Assembly (NCBI RefSeq): GCF_006345805.1
Contig: NC_042998.1
Span: forward strand, 191,890,001-191,954,000
Length of the DNA: 64,000 nt
Reading direction: 5' to 3'
Source: Octopus sinensis
Taxonomy: Eukaryota
Shown: piece by piece, positions 53,601 through 64,000 of the stretch
How the letters are laid out: every line of letters begins with the position of its first letter
Position numbering within the stretch: the first letter of the stretch is position 1
Translations under genes and position numbers: made by a program
The notes under the pieces: model-generated
What the model was told of the DNA's origin: nothing
Databases searched by the model: none
What the model saw: only the letters and a program-made list of their open reading frames with translations

Positions 53601-54902
53601 TTATATTGTTGTTCTTTCTTGTTGCTGTTACTCTAGTCTGGGCCCAAAGTGGTGTATATATCTACTCGAGACTATATAAGCACGTAAATTATAAGGCAAA
53701 AGCATGCTACATTCTAACAAGTTATCTTCGATTCCGAAAGGATGACGAAACACACATACACTCATAAACAAACACAGACACACACACACAAACACACACA
53801 TACATACATACACACAAACTCATACACATGCCTATGAATATAACTTGTTAGACAGACACTTGCATGCATGTATATATTCATATTGTTAATTATTCAGTGA
53901 TGATATACGTGTTCCTGTGTATGTGGGTCACTATTAGTGAGTGTGTATTTGGGAAACTACGTCAATCACGAGAAGCGTATTTTTAAAGTTTAGATTATAT
54001 AAATAGACAGAAGAATCTCCCACCCAACCAGAGACGAAAAAATCCTTAATTTTCAATGCTTTTTCACTTGAATCACTGACGTAGAAGTTAAGAATTAATT
54101 ATCCTCTGATTGCCACTTTGTCCAGAATCGATGATGAAAAATACCATAAATCAAAACTGGCGCTCGATGCATTTATTCCAATTCAACGAAATCCCACTTG
54201 ATAAGATAGAAGAAATGTAAATTTTCTGTTTGAATTTTGAAAGACACCCCTCCATCTAATTTATTACATTGTATACAAAATAAGCAGGCTTTATCAACGG
54301 TATCATTATAATTGAATGTGATTTTCTTAATTCTACGTTCCCTTTAGTTTCTTCAAAGACAGTCGATTGAAAGAATGGTGTTTGTAAATTGTATTGTTAT
54401 GGTAATTTACAGTGATTTCCTTTTGTTTCCCAATTATACAGCAGACCTCTTTCTCTTGTGTCAATTTACTATTCAGTAGCTACATTGTTAAATGCTCTTA
54501 CTGCACTTGGGCCACAGTTTAACAAAGAGACGTTTGTCAGCAATATCACCATTGTTTTTACATTTGCAATTATTCTCATCATCAACACTAATGAAATCAT
54601 CAGCCATTGTAAACAATTGTAAGAATAATGTTTATAGTAGCATTAGGCGGGTATAGTTTGAACACAATAGGCCGCCGAAGTAAATGCAGCACAGTATTAT
54701 GTAGAGTACTTTACTGAAGATGTCTGAGTTCAAATATTCCCTGTGTCGGCTTTGAAATCAGCATAACTCGTACATTAAAGGAACTGATTTATGGAGTGAA
54801 AATTTGATGAAATGGATTGATTCCTAAAGTTGCAGAACATTAACAAACAATGCAGGGCAATAGTTTATATATGTCAATGTTTTCGCCTCTCAAACTGTTC
54901 AA

Positions 54903-54903
54903 A

Positions 54904-54980
<77 letters not shown>

Positions 54981-55051
54981 ATGTGTGTGTGTATGTGTAT
55001 GTGTGTATGCATGTATGTATATATGTATGTATGTATGTGTGTATGTACGTA

Positions 55052-55087
<36 letters not shown>

Positions 55088-55139
55088 TGTATGTGTGTAT
55101 GTATGTACGTATATATATATATATAATATATATATATAT
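54903..55139. repeat. (TA)/(TG)/(TATG)n compound microsatellite
   Basis: Direct read. Confidence 0.95.
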
Positions 55140-55487
55140 TGCTTCCCAACCAGTTTCGGTTTCAGTCCAACTGCGTGGCACCTTGGGACAATCTCTTCTA
55201 CTATAGCCACAGGCCAGCCTGATCCTTGTGTGAGCGTGTGTTTATGTGCGTACGCGCGCAAGTGTGTATGTGTATGTATTTGTATGTTTGTCTATGTTTG
55301 TGTCCCTACTATCGCTTGACAACCACTGTTGGTGTGTTTACCTCTTTTCACTTAGCGGTTCGGCAACAGACACCGATAGAATAAGTACTAGGCTTACAAC
55401 GAATAAGTCCTGGGGTCGATTTGTCCGAATAAAGGTGTTACTCTAACATGGACGCATACAAATGACTGAAACGAGTAAAAAAATAAA
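55140..55487 (+). mobile_element. SINE family B, diverged copy
   Basis: ctgcgtggcaccttggg..ccgatagaataagtactaggcttaca..aatgactgaaac. Confidence 0.8.
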
Positions 55488-55583
55488 ATGTTACATATAT
55501 ATATATATATATCATATGAGGGAATATTATTCCAAACTTACAGGGAAAAATTCAATTTAGAAATACTAAATCAAATTTCACAA

Positions 55584-55628
<45 letters not shown>

Positions 55629-56196
55629 ATATATATAATTCCTCTAAATTCCTCTAAAGTTTGTATGTATAAAATTTTTAATCTTCGGATTTTTAAAATA
55701 ATATGCTAGGCCACTGGTTTTAATTCATTAATGTCAATTTCTACCCTTATTTAATTTTTAAATAAAAAACATTTTCTGTAGCCGGTAAATTAACTGCTGT
55801 AGTTTATTAACTGCATAGTAATTTCCGATCTCAGCGCGCCAAAGTGAAGGCATTTGAAAAATACACATAAATATAATTTGTGGAGCTTTATACATGCTGG
55901 ATTTCGGTCGAGCGCCCTGTATCTAGTTCTAGAAATTGTATTTCGTAATCGACAGACTACGCTGACGATCTTGCAGATGTTTACGTATCCATATACGTAC
56001 ATATTAACAAGTGAAACTAATTAGTACGTAGGTAATCGTTTTTTTTTTATTTTCGTATATTTTCATTTGTCTTATTTTTAAACTTTGGTTTTCGCTGAAT
56101 TTTTTTTGAGAACACATTATTTGTGGTAAATGGCGTGTTTGACGTCTATATTTAACATACAGGCTGTCCACTATTAGTGGTCATTCCTCTAAATTT

Positions 56197-56250
<54 letters not shown>

Positions 56251-58345
56251 TATAGCACTTGTGTGTGTATGTGTGTGTGCCTACTTATATAAGCATGTAT
56301 AGATGATATGTATGTATATACACAAATAGAGGTATATCAAGCACGTTTAACGGAAACGTTTGATTTATTAAAAAATATCTACTGAATGTGAATCAAATTT
56401 AGCAGATAGTAATTGCGATCCGCTCTGTATGAAAAGGGAAGATAATCTCAGGAATCAAGAAACTCCCAAAGCTGATATGCGCTCAAAGAAAATTCAGGTT
56501 TATTGCCTGGAGATAAGAAGATAGTCGTGGATATGTGGGTAAATAGTACGACAGTTCTCTTATCTGCAGGCATAAACCTTCCTTTTTCCTTCACAGCATA
56601 TCTACTTTGATTCTTGACGTTATCTCCCCTTCATCCATGAAATGATTGTGACTTCTGTTAAATCAATATATATATATAAAACTGAGGATGTGTGTGTATA
56701 TGTGCTTGTGTGTGCGTGTGTGTGTGTGTGTGTGTGTATGTGTGTGTGTGTGTGTGTATGTGTGTGTGTGTGTGTACATGTGTAAACCCGCAGAACTTCT
56801 GAAATTTGCAACAGATTTTCTCTAAAATGGGAACATACGTTACATATGCTCCAGAGATCGCTTTAGGCCCTTAACATTTTTCACTTAACAAGTAATGAGC
56901 ACCCTGGGGCACAAAACCTCATTTCCTGTGGTACGTATGACTGTCCGCATGGTACACGCATTGCTTCTGTTCAAAGTGGAACAAAAACAGCTAATGAAAT
57001 TATATAAGTAGGTTGTATTAAATGGATGAACCGATGCAGACTTCAAACTGCGTCGTCTGAGTAGCAGCAATTATAATCTTTTGCCGTAGTACCATAGATA
57101 GTAATTTTTCGGAATAAAAACCGTTTGGAACGAACTACGTTTATTATGAAAAATATGCTAAAATATGTTAAATCTTGAGCAGCTATTTAAATATTTTCTT
57201 TTAGCCTCAGTATCAAAGTCTTCCTTTTAAGCATAGAAGAAACCCAAGATCAAAACACGTTACTTAGAGACAGTGTCCTTAATGTGACCTCGCGTGCTCG
57301 GACGCTACATGAAGAATCGTTTTCGGTTGAGGGCTGAGTTGTCCTCTCAATAGTCGCACCTTAAGAGTGCAAAGGATTCTCAACTACGTCAGCAAAGCAA
57401 CGTCAGGTGAACCAAGCTTAATGTTACCTTGTGTACCTCGATGTCCTCACAATGGTCGCACGCTGTTTACTCGAGGGAATGTACGTTTGAACCACTGCAA
57501 TTTATTCCAAACTGAAATATTACATGGCAGTGTTGTTTTCAAGTCCTTACTTGCCAATCCCACTCATTTCATAAAGTCATTTCTTTCATGTAGGTTTCTC
57601 TCATGTGGTGCTGTTGAGAGCACCCACAGGCTTAACTTATCACATAGATGTAGTTCCTATGTCTGCTGATTGTTCGGTTGTTCGGTCTGGTAGCGGTGGC
57701 AACGACAGCCAGCCGCGAAGTGAAGTATTTCAACTGAGAGCATTTTATACCCACCACCCACTTTTCCATGACAAGGTTAGGGCCTGGAATCTTCCAAACA
57801 GACGCATGACATGTCACTTAGTCGACTTAGCCCTTCATTTACACCACAATGCTTCTCTTCCTTATATTTCAACTTAACTGTACCACATATACAGACTATT
57901 CCATTTAAATCTCGAGCAACGCTGGGTATTTCTGTTAGTTGGAAATAAAAGTGCAACGCTCTCTTGTGGCATCGCCATGCACTTATAACAAGGAACAATT
58001 GCAACACACTACGACGTTGAACATAAAGCAAGACGAGATAGGAAGACACTAAGCAGAGAACACATCTTTGCAATAGAAAATATCCATGAAATAGATGAGT
58101 AACAATGAAAGCATTACACACAATGCAGTACGCACAATTCGAAAATACATACACAGGCAAGGTTCACACATCAGAAGCAAAGTCACGGTGTAACTAATTG
58201 AATATAGCATTTGAAGATCTAAACAAAGTTATGCGATAAAATCTATAGAACCGCATTTACTAACAGAAAAGGAGACAGTTATACAAACAAATAATATTTT
58301 CTATTCTGGTGGCGAGATGTGATTGTCTAAAACGTTGATAACTAT

Positions 58346-58627
58346 AATGTGAAGTATATTTGCCATCTAAATGTGGCTAACCACTAAGCGTGGATGTTAC
58401 TGTAGCTTGTAGCTCCAGGAGAACATCTTCTCCAGCTGGCTATTGACACACTTCCTGTGCCCCATCGGTATTTGCAAAGGGAGGTCATCCTTCCCTTGCA
58501 AATACCGATAGGGCACAGAAAGTGTGTCAATAGCCAGCTGGAGAAGATGTTCTCCTGGGGCTACAAGCTACAGTAACATCCACGCTTAGTGGTTAGCCAC
58601 ATTTAGATGGCAAATATACTTCACATT
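58346..58627. repeat. Near-perfect long inverted repeat (arms ~137 bp, loop ~9 nt)
   Basis: I count 3 substitutions and 1 indel between arms; the insertion, including a 44-bp right extension, is bounded by gttgataactataa at 58334-58347 and 58672-58685. Confidence 0.95.
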
Positions 58628-58879
58628 GTCGTGCAGTTACTGTCTATACCTCGTTCAGATATTTATTGTTGGTTGATAACTATAAATTTTAGTATATTGT
58701 TTGTTCCATAGGATGTGCGAGATATTCGTACAAAACATGAAGTAAAAAAAAAAACAGTCATAAATTAGAATTACACAAAACTCCTGCTTTCAATTCTAAA
58801 TGATATTTGCGTATATACGTATATATTTTTCTCAGTGACATGACATCCTCCACGTAGCAGAATATACAAGTTGAAGAGG

Positions 58880-59100
58880 CCGATGCAGGTCATGCATCAG
58901 GGTCGAGCATTTAATCTTGCCAGCAAGTGCCAGCATGTGGCAGGGGGAATTTTTCTTCTAAATAGACCTGAGACTTCTCTGCTACTGAGAATAGGTTGTC
59001 CAGACTTCACTCATGTGCTACAGAAGGTATCGTAAACTACTAGCTTTTCCTCAACTTCTGGCTTAATGTTATCAAAACTCTTTCAGTGGGTAAGGGGGAC
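58880..59100 (-). mobile_element. RTE/BovB-like LINE remnant
   Basis: Minus-strand fragments LKRV..KLVVY..LL*HMSEVWTTYS resemble RTE post-RT motifs (KL.VY...LLY..E.WT.Y). Confidence 0.45.
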
Positions 59101-59178
59101 GCTGTTACTACCTTCTCAACCTATATAATCGGCAAGAATTTCACTCAAAGTTGAGTCACAACATAATTACAGTCCAAT

Positions 59179-59365
59179 GGCGTATGAGTTCCCCAGCTGG
59201 ACGGGACGCCAGTCCATCGCAGCGTTACTCACTTTTGCCAGCTGAGTGGACTGGAGTAACGTGAAATGTAGTGTTTTGCTCAAGAACACAACGCGTCGCC
59301 CGGTCCAGGAATCGAAACCACAATCTTACGATCATGATGCTGATACCGTAACCACTAAGCCACGC
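59179..59365 (-). mobile_element. tRNA-head, CORE-like SINE sharing the family C 3' module
   Basis: Minus strand: gcgtggcttagtggtt (A box)..ggtttcgattcc (B box)..ttgtgttcttgagcaaaacact..gactggcgtcccgtccagctgggga. Confidence 0.85.
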
Positions 59366-61097
59366 AGAACCATGACAGCTATAGTTCATCTTACATCTAC
59401 GACTTGATCACTGACACATTCAATGGAATAATATCAGTAACCTGCAGGAAACAGCAGTTAAATTATTCTCAAATGCGCCAACTGATTTTGAAAAGGGGGT
59501 GGGTTGCATTATATAACGTAGTCTATGACGTATAAACAGACGAGATTGTCGCAGTTAGAACCAGTTTCTGATCACTGGGTTACTCACTCAAGTTTGAATG
59601 TGCCTAAAAAATAACATCAACAATTACTAATAATGAAACAAGCCATTGACGAGAATGAGCCATCTGTGTGAAAAGTTGGTTGTAAAAATGTCCCCATTTC
59701 TGATAACGTTGAACTATGTCCGGTCGACATTATGTAACCGTTCATAGTGTTTAGTCGACGACAAAAGCATTATTTGACATCACGACTTTTGAAATGAAAT
59801 TTCACTGAAAAATTAGGAATACTTTGTTTCGACAGTCAGGATGTTCGAAATTAATGCAAGTTTCAGGAAGGCCGTATCCTAATGTAAAATCGCCGAAGAG
59901 GACTGGCTTACGTTCCAGTTAGCAGATTTAAGCTTCTGAATTCCTATCATGAACTGCAACAACTCAAAGGAATTGAAAACAGCATTAGATACAAAGAGAG
60001 AAGTTGATAACCAAATGAGTTCAACGATCTTATGACTGAGCTTATGTTGCAGATATGGGGAGGAATTCTTGTAATCTTAAGCACTCTAATTGATTACAGC
60101 TCATATTGTTTCCATGAAATCATATGAAACAAAGTTGCATTCGGTACTTATTAACTAATTATTATCGAAAATGTTAAAGACTTTATTCTTAGTGAGCAAC
60201 AAGATATACGTTATTGATATATTGTTTTAACTATAAATTTCTCCAAAGTGGTAAGTTGAAACAATAATTATGAGCAAAGGTATATGTCAGCTATAAAATA
60301 AATATTGAATTAAATCTACAAAATAAGCTAATATTTCACTGTTTAAATAGATTTTTCAAAACAAGACGGTTGATTGAGTAAAGGATGAGAATAAATACAT
60401 TATTCAATTTCAGGTCATTGTTTTGTGTTGAAATCTTGTCTTTGTATACTTAAGCTTACGTAATTCTAATGTCGATGAAATATCTATCCATAGGGAAATG
60501 TATCCAAGTTAATCAGCTACATCCTTTCAAAGTTGTAACACTATCTACAAATTAATAAACATTTCAGGTTGTCTATCCAGCATTTCAAAGAACATTTTCC
60601 ATAAATCTAAATATTTTCTGAACAATAGTAAATGATATTATAGAGCCATGTCATCACCCAATCAACTACTACTAAGGAGCAACTTCTCTGTTTCAGCATA
60701 GAGCAATCCGTAATTAACTGGTTCTCTTCGTCATTTTTATTCAGCCTAATATGGTGTAGAATTTACTTCGTAGTTGACTGATTTCACGTGCAGGCTGATA
60801 TGAATTGACTTTATCTGTCATTCCAGCAGTTCCTGTTGAATACACCTCAGTTCTCTAAATGTATGAAATATTATTATTACCATAATTGTCATGTTGCTGA
60901 AGCTCAAGTCATGAGACTCGAGTGTATCAGATGCCTAACAATATGGATTCCTTATTGGATATTCCTTTATATTAACTTAGGTATAAAAATATCCTTAAAA
61001 ATCCTTAAAATCCTTTAAAATGTTTTAGCCCAAAGGCCGCGGACATGCTGGGGCACCACCGCTAATTTATAAAAAAAATTGAAGAATAAAATATATA

Positions 61098-62060
61098 CAG
61101 TGTGTTCGGACAAAATTTAAAGATTTTTTTTCTATCCGCTTTTTTCGGGAACAGCTTGGTGTAGTGGTGAACACTCAAAGGCGTTGGAGAGCATTATGAT
61201 TACATTTCAAGCTGAGTAAAAGTGGCATGGAAGATAGGAAGTCTATCTGAATACTGGAAACGAGTTACCCGTATCAAAATGCCTACATGATGACTGCTGC
61301 CGAATGCCCTGTTTTCACTGTAAAGACTGTAAGACATGACATGAGCAGATGTAACAGAGACGACGAAACCATGACCAGCAAGAAAGGACACAACAGGCGT
61401 TCTGACGGTGCCCATACGCTGGAATTCATCCCCACATATTTGAATAGGGAGTTAGTTTCAATTCAGAAGGCTGCAACGAGGACAACGAATCCGTGGTCAG
61501 CAAGAAAATATTGATCATTGGGTATTCCTTCAATGATTGTGACGCCATGACGCTCATCATCTTTGAATAGGGCCTTAGACTCAATTCAGAAGGCTATCTA
61601 AAGTTGCTGCCGACTGGAGAAGATTACCGCGGGGAAGCTATATGTGTGGCAGTAAGGATTTGGTTCCCTGTCATACCGCCGAAAAGTTTCAGAAGTGGTT
61701 GTCGGAGAATTTTTACGACTTCACAAACCCCTCTTTCTATCATCGTAATTCCACAAATTGTAATCCCATGGATAACTATGTGTGGGGTGTGGTGAAGAAG
61801 AACTGCTCTACCTGCTGCACCAAAGTTAAGTTGGTGGTCAAAATCAAGGAGGTGATCGAAGAGCTTCCTTGGGACACAGTGAGGGACGCATGTGCCAGGT
61901 TTCAGAGGCGTCTTGAGGCCATGGTAGAAGAAGGGGAAACCGGCCACTTTCAGTACACTGTTATCTCCCAGCCATAATCTAGCTGATATGTTTTTTGATT
62001 AGGTACTATGTATTCTGTTCCTGTTATGCAAACTGTCATATTTAGCCTCAATAAAGTGTA
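61098..62060 (+). mobile_element. Tc1/mariner superfamily (DD37D/maT-like) transposon remnant
   Basis: TA|CAGTGTGTTCGG left end; ORF 61642-61977 DLVPCHT..QKWLSENF..NSTNCNPMDNYVWG..ACARFQRRLEAMV resembles QD.APCH...SPD.NP.D..VW; right TIR not recognisable. Confidence 0.75.
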
Positions 62061-62119
62061 CGAGACATTTTAACTCACAATATAGCGACCGTCTTACACT
62101 GCCATACCTCTAATGTATC

Positions 62120-62175
<56 letters not shown>

Positions 62176-62302
62176 AAGTAGGTACTGTAAATTTAGAGAT
62201 TTAGAATGAACACTTGATAAGTGCAAGCACCTGTATATGCCAGATAGTGGCAGAGGTGAGAGAATATATCAAATATAAATTAAAAACAGAACACAAAGGA
62301 TA

Positions 62303-62396
62303 TCGCGGTACAGTGTTTCAAGCTTTATAAACAATCTGTTATTACATCACTGTATTATTGATATAAAAGACGGTTTAAAGCTCTCTTCAGTCGCAA
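62303..62396 (-). ncRNA. Type-I hammerhead ribozyme, intact core with long stem II
   Basis: Minus strand: ttgcga CTGAAGA gagcttta...taaagctt GAAA C-ACT-G TA ccgcga. 8-bp base of stem II, GUA site, stem I with a core-proximal A-C mismatch; inside a (TA)n-flanked module ~62175-62535. Confidence 0.7.
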
Positions 62397-62533
62397 ACAT
62401 TGTTAGTCCAATGATTACATCACAATATAAAAAGTACACGTAGTATTACCCATTATAATAGGATTATCATATCTCTTTGAAAAAGTATATTTGTATAATT
62501 GTATAAATGTATTTGTATATATTTGTATAATTG

Positions 62534-62618
<85 letters not shown>

Positions 62619-62904
62619 CAGGCACGATAGTTTATTGTTTTCGCATCATTTTAATACGAATAACTATCACCTTCTAAAATATATATTCCACCGTTTAGAA
62701 GATTAGCAATATGTGGCCATTTTATTGTGATAAGAATCTCCTGAGAGTATTTTAAAATATTTACCTTATCGTTTTAATACGTCTATACGTCATTAATATC
62801 AGAGTGAACTTACCATTCTTAAAAGAGTGTCTGCTTTCCTCACACGAAACTGCAATCATCGAAAGCAGCTATAATTTTAAGTTTATACATCCATCACAGA
62901 AATA

Positions 62905-63697
62905 TTATAAATAAAGTAATAAATTTAATTTAGCTTCGAAAAACATTTTAAACGAGAAAATTGTTTTTAAGGAACACGCGAAAAATCCATGCATTTTTAT
63001 TCACTTGTGTATGTATGATACACAAAATAACATTCATTATATCTGCAATATATTTTACAAGTTTATAGAAATTCTAAAAGAAACTTAGATATTTTGATAA
63101 CACATCTTTATATATAAAAGTGAAGTTGTGTGTCTGTCTCCTACGATTTAGATTCCTAACTAATCCCACATTTTGCGGTGCAGTTTAACCAAAACCGGGT
63201 ATCTTATAGTCGTGATTCATATCGAGCCCTTCTGGGTATTAGCGCGCGTCTACGATGAGTCTACGATTTTAAAAATAATTTGCTATCATTTTTTTCCATT
63301 TTAATGCATTTTTTCGCTAAGGGAAGTAACTCTCTAAAAATGTCTGCGATGAGTCAACGATTTTAAGAAAAAAATTACCATAATTTTTTTTCCCTTTTTA
63401 ATGCTATTTTTTGTTATTTTTTGGCTATAACTCTCTAAAAATGCTTATATAGTTATTTCCCTTACAAACCCGGGCAACGCCGGGCGATACTGCTAGTTAT
63501 AAATAAAGTAGTAAATTTAATTTAGCTTCGTAAAACAGTTTAAACGAGAAAACTATTTTTAAAGAACACGCGAAAAATCCATGCATTCTCATTCACTTGT
63601 GTATGTATGATACAGAAAAATAACATTCATTATATCTGCAATATATTTTACAAATTCATAGAAATTCTAAAAGAAACTTAGATATTTTGAAAACACA
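62905..63697. repeat. 200/201-bp direct repeat pair (62905-63104 and 63497-63697) bracketing a Helitron
   Basis: Manual alignment gives about 12 substitutions and 1 indel. Confidence 0.95.
63105..63496 (+). mobile_element. Non-autonomous Helitron, copy 3
   Basis: A|TCTTTATATATAAAAG ... cccgggcaacgccggg-cgatactgCTAG|T; internal tandem duplication of gtctacgatgagtc.acgatttt. Confidence 0.9.
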
Positions 63698-64000
63698 TTT
63701 ACTATAAGAATCGATGCAGATAAGAATGTAGGTCATGTAAAAAAAGATTGCTCTTTATTTGTATAGAAACGCATCGTTATATTATTTATATCAGTAAATA
63801 TTTTTTCTCTTATTCCTCATTTATATTTCTTACTCGTCTCCTTCTTTCTAACAGTATTTAACTATTTATCTAGTGACAGATAGCACTCTAGGTCACATAG
63901 GTGAAACCACAATTTTTAATTATTAAATAAACTTCGTTACACATACTGAGTACTCATTTTCTACTGTTTAGTACAGTCATATAGGCACGTAACACCGGCA

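Overview
AT-rich, microsatellite-dense animal genomic DNA. The repeat families resemble those I associate with octopus (coleoid cephalopod) genomes; this is an inference, not a database result. I found no host protein-coding gene, and nearly all ORFs in the track are read-throughs of simple repeats or transposon debris, so the window looks intronic or intergenic. Supported features are a decayed near-full-length mariner, other Tc1/mariner remnants and a fold-back MITE, three non-autonomous Helitrons, four SINE-type families (several with clear target-site duplications, TSDs), R4/Dong, RTE and CR1 LINE fragments, and long inverted repeats. The strongest hidden signal is a set of diverse minimal type-I hammerhead ribozyme motifs in short modules next to (TA)n tracts. 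Two have intact cores (42458-42519 +, 62303-62396 -), and the first lies directly behind a decayed Penelope GIY-YIG remnant. Also notable are a Helitron exactly bracketed by a 200-bp direct duplication, a TSD-flanked ~280-bp near-perfect palindrome, head-less tandem SINE multimers joined at an 8-bp microhomology, and a structured short retroposon with no recognisable tRNA head. All alignments and folds were done by eye.
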